64,000 nt of DNA from Escherichia coli (GTDB taxonomy: Bacteria; Pseudomonadota; Gammaproteobacteria; Enterobacterales; Enterobacteriaceae), in assembly GCF_003790525.1 (NCBI RefSeq), contig NZ_CP033635.1. The stretch is one strand, 5' to 3'. Positions 31,704 through 41,389 of this stretch are shown here, piece after piece (position 1 is the first letter of the stretch; each line of letters starts with the position of its first letter). The notes beneath the pieces are model-generated. The model searched no databases and was not told the DNA's origin. It saw only the letters and a program-made list of their open reading frames with translations. Both the position numbers and the translations under genes were made by a program.

Positions 31704-32504
31704 ATGGAGATTACCACTCTTCAAATTGTGCTGGTATTTATCGTAGCCTGTATCGCAGGTATGGGATCAATCCTCGATGAATTTCAGTTTCACCGTCCGC
31801 TAATCGCGTGTACCCTGGTGGGTATCGTTCTTGGGGATATGAAAACCGGTATTATTATCGGTGGTACGCTGGAAATGATCGCGCTGGGCTGGATGAACAT
31901 CGGTGCTGCAGTTGCGCCTGACGCCGCTCTGGCTTCCATCATTTCTACTATTCTGGTTATCGCAGGTCATCAGAGCATTGGTGCAGGTATCGCACTGGCA
32001 ATCCCTCTGGCCGCTGCGGGCCAGGTACTGACCATCATCGTTCGTACTATCACCGTTGCTTTCCAGCACGCTGCGGATAAGGCTGCTGATAACGGCAACC
32101 TGACAGCGATTTCCTGGATCCACGTTTCTTCTCTGTTCCTGCAAGCAATGCGTGTGGCTATTCCGGCCGTCATCGTTGCGCTGTCTGTTGGTACCAGCGA
32201 AGTCCAGAACATGCTGAATGCGATTCCGGAAGTGGTGACCAATGGTCTGAATATCGCAGGTGGCATGATCGTAGTGGTTGGTTATGCGATGGTTATCAAC
32301 ATGATGCGTGCTGGCTACCTGATGCCGTTCTTCTACCTCGGCTTCGTAACCGCAGCATTCACCAACTTTAACCTGGTTGCTCTGGGTGTGATTGGTACTG
32401 TTATGGCAGTGCTCTACATCCAACTTAGCCCGAAATACAACCGCGTAGCCGGTGCGCCTGCTCAGGCAGCTGGTAACAACGATCTCGATAACGAACTGGA
32501 CTAA
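31704..32504 (+). CDS. manY: PTS mannose-specific EIIC ManY, 266 aa
   Basis: Full-length ORF; recognised ManY sequence. Confidence 0.95.
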   Translation: MEITTLQIVLVFIVACIAGMGSILDEFQFHRPLIACTLVGIVLGDMKTGIIIGGTLEMIALGWMNIGAAVAPDAALASIISTILVIAGHQSIGAGIALAIPLAAAGQVLTIIVRTITVAFQHAADKAADNGNLTAISWIHVSSLFLQAMRVAIPAVIVALSVGTSEVQNMLNAIPEVVTNGLNIAGGMIVVVGYAMVINMMRAGYLMPFFYLGFVTAAFTNFNLVALGVIGTVMAVLYIQLSPKYNRVAGAPAQAAGNNDLDNELD

Positions 32505-32507
32505 CAG

Positions 32508-33368
32508 GTGAGCGAAATGGTTGATACAACTCAAACTACCACCGAGAAAAAACTCACTCAAAGTGATATTCGTGGCGTCTTCCTGCGTTCTAACCTCTTC
32601 CAGGGTTCATGGAACTTCGAACGTATGCAGGCACTGGGTTTCTGCTTCTCTATGGTACCGGCAATTCGTCGACTCTACCCTGAGAACAACGAAGCTCGTA
32701 AACAAGCTATTCGCCGTCACCTGGAGTTCTTCAACACCCAGCCGTTCGTGGCTGCGCCGATTCTCGGCGTAACCCTGGCGCTGGAAGAACAGCGTGCTAA
32801 TGGCGCAGAGATCGATGACGGTGCTATCAACGGTATCAAAGTCGGTTTGATGGGGCCGCTGGCTGGTGTAGGCGACCCGATCTTCTGGGGAACCGTACGT
32901 CCGGTATTTGCAGCGCTGGGTGCCGGTATCGCAATGAGCGGCAGCCTGTTAGGTCCGCTGCTGTTCTTCATCTTGTTTAACCTGGTGCGCCTGGCAACCC
33001 GTTACTACGGCGTAGCGTATGGTTACTCCAAAGGTATCGATATCGTTAAAGATATGGGTGGTGGCTTCCTGCAAAAACTGACGGAAGGGGCGTCTATCCT
33101 CGGCCTGTTTGTCATGGGGGCATTAGTTAACAAGTGGACGCATGTCAACATCCCGCTGGTTGTCTCTCGCATTACTGACCAGACGGGCAAAGAACACGTT
33201 ACCACTGTCCAGACTATTCTGGACCAGTTAATGCCAGGCCTGGTACCACTGCTGCTGACCTTTGCTTGTATGTGGCTACTGCGCAAAAAAGTTAACCCGC
33301 TGTGGATCATCGTTGGCTTCTTCGTTATCGGTATCGCTGGTTACGCTTGCGGCCTGCTGGGACTGTAA
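32508..33368 (+). CDS. manZ: PTS mannose-specific EIID ManZ (286 aa from 32508; 283 aa if started at 32517)
   Basis: Full-length ORF; recognised ManZ sequence. Confidence 0.94.
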   Translation: MSEMVDTTQTTTEKKLTQSDIRGVFLRSNLFQGSWNFERMQALGFCFSMVPAIRRLYPENNEARKQAIRRHLEFFNTQPFVAAPILGVTLALEEQRANGAEIDDGAINGIKVGLMGPLAGVGDPIFWGTVRPVFAALGAGIAMSGSLLGPLLFFILFNLVRLATRYYGVAYGYSKGIDIVKDMGGGFLQKLTEGASILGLFVMGALVNKWTHVNIPLVVSRITDQTGKEHVTTVQTILDQLMPGLVPLLLTFACMWLLRKKVNPLWIIVGFFVIGIAGYACGLLGL

Positions 33369-33383
33369 GACTGTTGTACACTA

Positions 33384-33410
33384 CCGGGGCCTTTTGGCCC
33401 CGTTTTTTTA
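33384..33410 (+). terminator. intrinsic terminator downstream of manZ
   Basis: GGGGCC-TTTT-GGCCCC followed by GTTTTTTT. Confidence 0.75.
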
Positions 33411-33422
33411 TCTGGAGGATTA

Positions 33423-33881
33423 ATGACAATCACGGACCTGGTACTGATTCTTTTCATCGCCGCACTCCTGGCCTTCGCGATCTACGATCAGTTCATCATG
33501 CCCCGCCGTAACGGCCCCACTCTGCTGGCAATTCCTTTGCTCCGGCGTGGTCGCATCGATAGCGTTATATTCGTCGGATTGATTGTCATTCTTATCTATA
33601 ACAACGTCACGAATCATGGCGCGCTAATAACAACATGGTTATTAAGTGCACTGGCTCTGATGGGTTTTTATATATTCTGGATCCGCGTTCCGAAGATCAT
33701 CTTTAAACAAAAAGGTTTTTTCTTCGCCAATGTCTGGATTGAATATAGCCGAATCAAAGCGATGAACTTGTCGGAAGATGGCGTGTTGGTGATGCAATTA
33801 GAACAACGTCGGCTGTTAATCCGCGTTCGAAATATCGACGATCTGGAAAAAATTTATAAGCTTCTCGTTTCAACTCAATAG
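33423..33881 (+). CDS. yobD: UPF0266 inner membrane protein YobD, 152 aa
   Basis: Full-length ORF; RBS GGAGG upstream. Confidence 0.92.
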
Positions 33882-34084
33882 GTTATGAATTTAGCCAAAG
33901 CTATGTTTAGTGTATTTTTAATAATCAGACATAGCTTAGGCTATATTACCTCTTCCCTTATTTGTTATTTATTTTAACGTTTCATTGATATATAAATCTA
34001 AATGAAAATCGTTATCAATAAAGTGATGAAATAATATATTCCAACAGTTGTTTTATATTCTCAAAATATGTTAAGGTTGCGCCC

Positions 34085-34215
34085 TCATTTGGGGAGTAGC
34101 CGATTTCCAGATTCCGGAAATGTACGTGTCAACATACTCGTTGCAAAACGTGGCACGTACGGACTGAACACTTTCAGTCAGGCGAGACCATATGCACATC
34201 AATCGCTATGCCTGC
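34085..34215 (+). promoter_or_regulatory. Mn2+-sensing yybP-ykoY riboswitch in the mntP 5' leader (approximate bounds)
   Basis: Conserved UUGGGGAGUAGC (34090..34100) and ACAUACUCGUUGCAAAACG / CAGGCGAGACC elements within a roughly 230-nt leader upstream of mntP; mntP is known to carry this riboswitch. Confidence 0.7.
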
Positions 34216-34309
34216 ATGAACGCGAAAACCATCGCGGTTTGTTGTTCATGTATGCATGTTTGCTGGGGGCGATGATGTGTTTTATGGATACCCCGGTCAG
34301 GACGTTGTC

Positions 34310-34876
34310 ATGAATATCACTGCTACTGTTCTTCTTGCGTTTGGTATGTCGATGGATGCATTTGCTGCATCAATCGGTAAAGGTGCCACCCTCCATAAAC
34401 CGAAATTTTCTGAAGCGTTGCGAACCGGCCTTATTTTTGGTGCCGTCGAAACCCTGACGCCGCTGATCGGCTGGGGAATGGGCATGTTAGCCAGCCGGTT
34501 TGTCCTTGAATGGAACCACTGGATTGCGTTTGTGCTGCTGATATTCCTCGGCGGGCGAATGATTATTGAGGGTTTTCGTGGCGCAGATGATGAAGATGAA
34601 GAACCGCGCCGTCGACACGGTTTCTGGCTACTGGTAACCACCGCGATTGCCACCAGCCTGGATGCCATGGCTGTGGGTGTTGGTCTTGCTTTCCTGCAGG
34701 TTAACATTATCGCGACCGCATTGACCATTGGTTGTGCAACCTTGATTATGTCGACATTAGGGATGATGGTTGGTCGCTTTATCGGCTCAATTATTGGGAA
34801 AAAAGCGGAAATTCTCGGCGGGCTGGTGCTGATCGGTATTGGCGTCCAGATCCTCTGGACGCACTTCCACGGTTAA
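34310..34876 (+). CDS. mntP: manganese efflux pump MntP (YebN), 188 aa
   Basis: ORF 34256..34876; ATG at 34310 ([21 protein letters not shown]...) gives 188 aa. Confidence 0.92.
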   Translation: MNITATVLLAFGMSMDAFAASIGKGATLHKPKFSEALRTGLIFGAVETLTPLIGWGMGMLASRFVLEWNHWIAFVLLIFLGGRMIIEGFRGADDEDEEPRRRHGFWLLVTTAIATSLDAMAVGVGLAFLQVNIIATALTIGCATLIMSTLGMMVGRFIGSIIGKKAEILGGLVLIGIGVQILWTHFHG

Positions 34877-35682
34877 TAAGAACGCTGCCAGAGGTGAATA
34901 TTAAAGTCCGTCTGGCAGTCGAACACTTCTTTTGCGGCCAGTGTTTGCCAGACTTCTGACTTCGCACGCCAGGCAAACGGCGTCATCTGCAATAATGCGA
35001 CGGCTTCGTCACCGCGAAGACGCATCGGATAACACAACTCATCACTCTGCTGTAATGTAAAACCTTCCAGTTGTTCTGCATGTGGTGCATGAAGATGTAC
35101 TTCATTGTAAATCAGCCCCTTCAGCTCCATCAAATGTCGCGGTCCCGGCGTGGCAGTAATGACCCAACCGCCAGGCTTCACTACTCGCGCTAATTCTTCT
35201 GCTTTACACGGCGCGTAAATACGTATTATGGCGTCCATACTGGTATCGGAAAACGGCAAACGGTGGCTGGAAGCAACACAAAAAGTGACCTGCGGATAGC
35301 GTTTCGCCGCCGCTTTTATCGCTACCTTCGAGACATCCAGACCAAACGTGGTGATTTCGGGCAGCGCATCGGCAAATGCGTGTGTGTAATACCCTTCACC
35401 ACAGCCAATATCCAGCACCGCCGTGGCCTTTTCATCAAGCCGTTCCCGCAGTTGGGCGACAATTGCATCACGCAGCGGCTGATAATGTCCGGCATCTAAG
35501 AATGCGCGGCGTGCTTGCATCATTTCCGCGCTGTCGCCCGGATCACGAGACCGTTTATGCTGAACGGGCAGCAGATTGACATACCCTTCTTTCGCCATAT
35601 CAAACTGATGTCACTGGGGACAGATATAGCTGTTTTTTTCACGCGAAAGAGGCTGATGGCAAAGTGGACAGGAAAACGACAT
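34873..35682 (-). pseudogene. rlmA: 23S rRNA (guanine745-N1)-methyltransferase RlmA (RrmA/YebH), interrupted by in-frame TGA at codon 24
   Basis: Minus strand from ATG at 35682 reads [34 protein letters not shown]...; stop at 35617..35619; longest intact ORF is 34873..35598 (241 aa from Met29) versus the 269-aa characterised protein. Confidence 0.6.
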
Positions 35683-35775
35683 GACAACTCCGGCAGGATA
35701 CTAAAGGCCGCAAGTGTAACGCGAATCACGCGGCGGGCAAATATCCGAACGCCAGGAGCGAAGATAAAGCAAAGT

Positions 35776-35803
35776 AAAAAGCCTCGCATTCGGCGAGGCT
35801 TTA
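35776..35803 (-). terminator. intrinsic terminator downstream of cspC
   Basis: Minus strand AAAGCCTCGCC-GAAT-GCGAGGCTTT followed by TT. Confidence 0.7.
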
Positions 35804-35847
35804 TAGCGAGATTGAAGCGTATTCACACTTCAGATCAGTGGATTCGA

Positions 35848-36057
35848 TCAGATAGCTGTTACGTTAACAGCTGCCGGACCTTTCTGGCCGTCCTGAATTT
35901 CGAACTCAACGTTCTGACCTTCAGCCAGAGTTTTGAAGCCATTACCCTGGATAGCGGAGAAGTGTACGAACACGTCTTTGCTGCCATCAGCCGGAGTAAT
36001 GAAGCCAAAACCTTTAGACTCGTTGAACCACTTAACCTGACCTTTAATCTTTGCCAT
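35848..36057 (-). CDS. cspC: cold shock-like protein CspC, 69 aa
   Basis: Full-length ORF; [22 protein letters not shown]... with RNP motifs. Confidence 0.97.
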
Positions 36058-36069
36058 TTGAAAAATTCC

Positions 36070-36213
36070 TTAGATTGTTTTCTTCGCCCGCAGGCATAAC
36101 ATAGATAAAACTGACACATTACTGCATGAGGCACCAATATAAGGCTCGGCAGAGAAGCGGTATTCAACGTCAACGTGTTTACTCAGGACTTCTTTACTGA
36201 AAATGCCACACAT
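36070..36213 (-). CDS. yobF: small protein YobF, 47 aa
   Basis: Minus-strand translation [47 protein letters not shown]; ends 12 nt upstream of cspC (yobF-cspC operon). Confidence 0.82.
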
Positions 36214-36882
36214 AAACAGAACTGTACCTCGTTTAACCCGAAATCTGTTATCACATACAACGTTAATTATGGCAAGCCATTTTTAAACATGTCTCGATCA
36301 GACGCACAAATCTCGATACGTCTTCCACTTTTTTTGCACACTTATGCAACGGAATACGCGCCGATATATCATTGTGCTTAACCTTGCCAGTTCAGGCAGA
36401 TACTTAAACTGACGTATTTTCTAACATAGTTCAATAAGTTCAGTTGTTCCATGCCAATGGGAGAAGTTATTACATAGTGCGTGCAATATCACATTTTCTG
36501 CTATGCAATGAATAAAAAGTTATATCACTTTTTCTCATAAAACAGTCAGTTAACGGCCATCAATCACCCCAAAGAGAAGTCAATCGCCAAAGGTATTGTA
36601 AATTTAAAATAAGAAAAATTGATGAATGCGCAAAAAAATCAAGAGAGAAACGTTTCGCTAATAAATAATACCACGCTTAATCACAAATCCGATGTAAACA
36701 TCCTAATAAATTAATGGGCTAAATATCTTTTTCTGATATCCCGTTACGCAAATAAATAATATGATAATTATTTGAAGTCAGACCAGAGTTTTAATTTGAA
36801 GCAGTTGCACCATGACAGTGCGTATAATCAGGATGAATTGAGTAACCCTTCAACGACGGGGTTACTCAAGATTGAGGAAGGA

Positions 36883-37170
36883 TTATCGTTCGGCGACCAG
36901 ACGAATAATATCTTCGTCTTCAACCGATTTTTGACTCTCAACGGTCTTTTTATCTGCTTTCTCAGGTTCGTTTGCTTCGCACAAACGACGTAACAGAGCA
37001 TTTTGACGTTTTTGCTGATCCAGCAACGCCTCAAGCAGTTCAATCTGTTCGTTAGTCCGTGAACTGGCACGATTGATAAAAAACCACAAGATAAGCCCGA
37101 TAAAAAGAACCACCACCGATACAACCAAAGACGCAATGTTCATCACGCCTGAATTTACAACTTCGTTCAT
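36883..37170 (-). CDS. yebO: small membrane protein YebO, 95 aa
   Basis: Full-length ORF; N-terminal TM helix; recognised YebO sequence. Confidence 0.9.
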   Translation of the reverse strand: MNEVVNSGVMNIASLVVSVVVLFIGLILWFFINRASSRTNEQIELLEALLDQQKRQNALLRRLCEANEPEKADKKTVESQKSVEDEDIIRLVAER

Positions 37171-37244
37171 TTCACCACCTCTGAGTAGAGGCGCTATTCT
37201 ACCACTGCTGGAGAGGAAGAAAATCTAGTGCTGAAAAAATGATA

Positions 37245-37388
37245 TCACCACGGGATAAACTGGTTAATGGCACAAATTCCGCTGAAAAATTGTACATCCT
37301 GATCGCACATCATGTTGAATACCTGCGCCCAAAGCAGCAAGCAAGCCAACACCACGACAACCAGAACGACCCATCGAAACTTTTTCAC
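37245..37388 (-). CDS. mgrB: PhoQ feedback inhibitor MgrB, 47 aa
   Basis: Minus-strand translation (GTG start) [46 protein letters not shown]; GGAG upstream. Confidence 0.88.
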
Positions 37389-37546
37389 TCCAATCTCCGT
37401 TTCACCTACCTTATGTCATTAAACTAGCATGCGTTAGTTAAACAGCGCCTAACTATGTCGATATTCGTGCTTTTTCAGAATGAGTCGCTTGCTTCAGCGC
37501 ATATTGCCGCTACGATTAAGCGAACATAAAAAGAGAAGAGGTTGTA

Positions 37547-37786
37547 ATGCGATTCATCATTCGCACAGTTATGCTGATAGCACTGGTATGGATAGGATTA
37601 TTACTCAGCGGATATGGCGTTTTGATTGGAAGCAAAGAGAATGCCGCGGGATTAGGTTTGCAATGTACCTATCTGACCGCCAGAGGCACCAGCACGGTAC
37701 AATACCTGCACACTAAAAGTGGTTTTCTGGGGATAACAGATTGCCCGTTGTTACGTAAAAGCAATATTGTGGTCGATAATGGTTAA
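37547..37786 (+). CDS. yobH: small secreted/membrane protein YobH, 79 aa
   Basis: Full-length ORF; N-terminal hydrophobic segment. Confidence 0.88.
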   Translation: MRFIIRTVMLIALVWIGLLLSGYGVLIGSKENAAGLGLQCTYLTARGTSTVQYLHTKSGFLGITDCPLLRKSNIVVDNG

Positions 37787-37887
37787 GGGTAATAAATAAC
37801 CAGATTCTCACTCATGAGTAAAATATTCTTATCGCAAGTGCGTTTAATATAACGCCACCTTCAACTTTATTTTTCTCATGCTAAATA

Positions 37888-37920
37888 AAGAACCTGTCTG
37901 TTTGATATTCAGACAGGTTC
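37888..37920 (-). terminator. hairpin terminator downstream of kdgR (also faces yobH)
   Basis: AACCTGTCTG-loop-CAGACAGGTT with T-rich flank on the minus strand. Confidence 0.55.
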
Positions 37921-37929
37921 TTACTCTCA

Positions 37930-38721
37930 TCAGAACGGATAGTCGTGATAACCCATTTGGGCAGAAATTTTGCGCGCCGCGGTATGCAACATTGCGACAT
38001 ATTCCTGTAAACGCTCTTCAGAGAAACGTAACGTCGGGAAGGAGATGCTCAAACCGGCAATGACCACGCCAAAGCGATCAAATACCGGAACCGCAATGCA
38101 TCGCAGCCCTTCTTCCTGCTCTTCATTATCTTCGCCATACCCCTGCTCGCGCACCTGGTCCAGAACGGGTAATAACGCTTCTGTACTGGTGATGGTCCGC
38201 TCGGTACTGCGTTTATACTCCACGCCCTCAAGAATTTGCTTCACTTCATCGCGATCGCGCCATGCCAGCAGTACCTTACCAATCGCGGTGCTGTACAGCG
38301 GATTACGACGCCCAATCCGTGAATACATGCGCAAATTGTACATAGAGTCAATTTTGTGGATGTAAACAATACTGTCTTCGTCCAGTGCGCCGAGGTGGAT
38401 AGTTTCTTTCGTCAGGCGGGAAATCTCACGCATCTGGATATCTGCGCTACGAATTAAATCGACGTTTTGCAACGCGCGAGCGCCCAGTTCAAACAATTTC
38501 AGGGTCAGCGAATATTTCTCCGACTCCCCTTCCTGCGCCACATAACCCAGGGTTTTCATGGTCTGTAAAAAGCGATAAACGGTGCTTTTTGACATCATGA
38601 CGCGCTGCGACAGCTCGGTTATCCCTATTTCGCGCTCTTCACCCAGCGCCTGCAAAATGCCAAAAACTTTCAGCACAGAAGATACAGAATCAGGCTGTTT
38701 ATCCAGATCTGCGTTAGCCAT
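37930..38721 (-). CDS. kdgR: IclR-family transcriptional repressor KdgR, 263 aa
   Basis: Full-length ORF; N-terminal IclR HTH. Confidence 0.95.
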   Translation of the reverse strand: MANADLDKQPDSVSSVLKVFGILQALGEEREIGITELSQRVMMSKSTVYRFLQTMKTLGYVAQEGESEKYSLTLKLFELGARALQNVDLIRSADIQMREISRLTKETIHLGALDEDSIVYIHKIDSMYNLRMYSRIGRRNPLYSTAIGKVLLAWRDRDEVKQILEGVEYKRSTERTITSTEALLPVLDQVREQGYGEDNEEQEEGLRCIAVPVFDRFGVVIAGLSISFPTLRFSEERLQEYVAMLHTAARKISAQMGYHDYPF

Positions 38722-38897
38722 TTATCACCTCATTGCGAGTGTTTTATAAAAATCAGAACTGTTTTTTATTATAATTTCGCACCTGGGTGGTCGCAATCCA
38801 TCTTTTGCCGGTTAGTTACAATTCTGCGACATCCACCGTGAATATCAGTGCTAGAATCATACCCCTGTTGATTATTCACCAAAGATATAAAATTCCT

Positions 38898-40271
38898 ATG
38901 CCAAAAGTTCAGGCCGACGGCCTGCCATTGCCCCAGCGATACGGTGCGATATTAACCATTGTGATTGGTATTTCGATGGCTGTCCTTGACGGCGCAATCG
39001 CCAACGTCGCCCTGCCAACAATCGCCACGGACCTTCATGCCACGCCAGCCAGTTCCATCTGGGTAGTGAACGCCTATCAAATCGCCATTGTCATCTCCCT
39101 GCTCTCATTTTCGTTTCTGGGCGATATGTTTGGCTATCGACGTATTTATAAATGCGGTCTGGTCGTTTTTCTGTTGTCTTCACTGTTCTGCGCCCTTTCT
39201 GATTCGCTGCAAATGCTCACCCTTGCGCGTGTCATACAAGGTTTCGGCGGTGCAGCGTTGATGAGCGTTAATACCGCACTTATCCGCCTGATCTATCCAC
39301 AACGTTTTCTGGGTAGAGGGATGGGCATAAACTCGTTTATTGTTGCCGTCTCTTCTGCTGCCGGGCCGACAATTGCTGCAGCAATCCTCTCCATCGCATC
39401 CTGGAAATGGTTATTTTTAATCAACGTACCGTTGGGTATTATCGCCCTGCTTCTGGCGATGCGTTTTCTGCCACCCAATGGTTCTCGCGCCAGTAAACCC
39501 CGTTTCGACCTGCCCAGCGCCGTGATGAACGCGTTAACCTTCGGCCTGCTTATTACTGCATTGAGTGGTTTCGCTCAGAGGCAATCGCTGACATTGATTG
39601 GTGCGGAACTGGTGGTAATGGTTGTCGTTGGTATTTTCTTTATTCGCCGCCAGCTTTCTCTTCCCGTACCGCTGCTACCGGTGGATTTACTGCGTATCCC
39701 GCTGTTTTCACTTTCTATTTGCACATCTGTTTGCTCTTTCTGCGCACAAATGCTGGCAATGGTTTCCCTTCCCTTTTACCTGCAAACCGTGCTCGGGCGT
39801 AGTGAAGTCGAAACAGGTTTACTTCTGACACCGTGGCCGTTAGCAACAATGGTGATGGCTCCACTGGCAGGCTATTTGATTGAACGCGTACATGCAGGAT
39901 TGCTGGGTGCTTTAGGGTTATTCATCATGGCTGCGGGGCTTTTTTCCCTGGTTCTGCTGCCAGCGTCACCTGCGGATATCAATATTATCTGGCCGATGAT
40001 CTTATGTGGTGCTGGATTTGGCTTGTTCCAGTCACCCAATAACCACACCATTATTACCTCCGCTCCTCGCGAACGTAGCGGTGAAGCCAGTGGCATGTTA
40101 GGGACGGCTCGTCTTCTGGGTCAGAGTAGCGGCGCGGCTCTGGTAGCGCTGATGCTAAATCAGTTTGGTGATAATGGTACGCACGTCTCGCTGATGGCTG
40201 CGGCTATTCTGGCGGTGATTGCAGCCTGTGTCAGTGGTTTACGTATCACTCAGCCACGATCCATGGCATAA
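38898..40271 (+). CDS. yebQ: MFS transporter YebQ, 457 aa
   Basis: ORF 38787..40271; ATG at 38898 (MPKVQADGLPLPQRYG...) gives 457 aa; 14-TM DHA2-type profile. Confidence 0.9.
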   Translation: MPKVQADGLPLPQRYGAILTIVIGISMAVLDGAIANVALPTIATDLHATPASSIWVVNAYQIAIVISLLSFSFLGDMFGYRRIYKCGLVVFLLSSLFCALSDSLQMLTLARVIQGFGGAALMSVNTALIRLIYPQRFLGRGMGINSFIVAVSSAAGPTIAAAILSIASWKWLFLINVPLGIIALLLAMRFLPPNGSRASKPRFDLPSAVMNALTFGLLITALSGFAQRQSLTLIGAELVVMVVVGIFFIRRQLSLPVPLLPVDLLRIPLFSLSICTSVCSFCAQMLAMVSLPFYLQTVLGRSEVETGLLLTPWPLATMVMAPLAGYLIERVHAGLLGALGLFIMAAGLFSLVLLPASPADINIIWPMILCGAGFGLFQSPNNHTIITSAPRERSGEASGMLGTARLLGQSSGAALVALMLNQFGDNGTHVSLMAAAILAVIAACVSGLRITQPRSMA

Positions 40272-40302
40272 AAAAAGCGCGTCGATCAGGACGCGCTTTT
40301 TA
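40271..40302. terminator. bidirectional intrinsic terminator between yebQ and htpX
   Basis: AAAAAAGCGCGTC-GATCAG-GACGCGCTTTTT, palindrome flanked by A-run and T-run. Confidence 0.75.
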
Positions 40303-40316
40303 GTATTTACTTCATA

Positions 40317-41198
40317 TTACTTCAGGTATTCACCCGTACGCAGAGCTTCAATACGTTTATCCAGTGGCGGGTGAGTCATGAACAACTCACTGAGCGATTT
40401 CGACTTCCCGTTAATGCAGAAAGCCATCATGCTGGTTGCTTCTTGCGGTTCATAGCTGGTTTTCAGGCGTTGCAATGCAGCAATCATTTTCTCGCGACCA
40501 ACCAGTTTTGCTGAACCCGCATCGGCGTGGAATTCACGATGACGCGAGAACCACATGGTGATAATGCTCGCCAGAATACCAAACACCAGTTCCAGAACCG
40601 TTGCAACCGCAAAGTAGATCAGCGGGTTGCCGTTGCTCTCTTCACCTTCATCACGATTTCCGCCCATAAAACCCGCGGCAAGTTGCGCCAGAATACGGGA
40701 AATAAAGATAACGAAGGTGTTCACCACGCCCTGAATCAGCGTCATGGTGACCATATCACCATTGGCGATGTGGCTGATTTCGTGAGCAATTACCGCCTCG
40801 GCTTCATCCGGGCTCATGTTCTGCAGCAAACCAGTGCTGACAGCAACCAGAGAAGCATCACGGCGCGCACCGGTTGCAAAAGCATTGATGTCCGGCGCAT
40901 GGTAGATAGCCACTTGCGGCATAGCGATCCCCGCCTGACGAGCCTGGGTTGCTACAGTATTAACCAGCCAACGTTCCCTTTCGTTACGCGGTTGCTCGAT
41001 CACTTCCCCGCCAACAGATCGTAATGCCATCCATTTGGACATCAGAAGCGAAACGAAGGAACCACCAAAACCGAACAGCAAGGCCATGATCATCAGCCCC
41101 TGAACGCTGCTCGACTGTATCCCTGTCAGGCTCAGTACCAGCCCGAAAACGACCATTACGGCCAGGTTCGTTAGCAGGAAGAGCGCGATTCGCATCAT
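40317..41198 (-). CDS. htpX: membrane zinc metalloprotease HtpX, 293 aa
   Basis: Full-length ORF; HEXXH motif (HEISH). Confidence 0.96.
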
Positions 41199-41351
41199 AA
41201 TTTTCTTTTTACCTCAGTTTAACAAAACGCAATATGCGATACCCACATCGTATGGGTTACGCGACTATTTTCAAGTCTGGATAGTGCGTAAGTCACCAGA
41301 AAGACACAACTTTACATTTTGTAGCATCTGATTTACGGCATCTTGCCGCTG

Positions 41352-41385
41352 TTAAAAAATCAGGCACAATTTCTTGTGCCTGATT
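41352..41385 (-). terminator. intrinsic terminator downstream of prc
   Basis: Minus strand AATCAGGCACAA-GAAA-TTGTGCCTGATT followed by TTTTTAA. Confidence 0.75.
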
Positions 41386-41389
41386 GATG

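Noticed and set aside
34068-34313. 81-aa ORF spanning the mntP leader
   Set aside because: It overlaps the conserved riboswitch aptamer and the true mntP start in another frame; better explained as structured non-coding leader.
35617-35619. TGA in rlmA as a selenocysteine or programmed read-through codon
   Set aside because: I see no SECIS-like hairpin immediately downstream, and RlmA is not a known selenoprotein; a nonsense mutation or sequencing error is more parsimonious.
35515-36099. 194-aa plus-strand ORF overlapping the rlmA 5' end and cspC
   Set aside because: It is antisense to cspC and rlmA and is an artefact; the real feature of interest here is the in-frame stop in rlmA on the minus strand.
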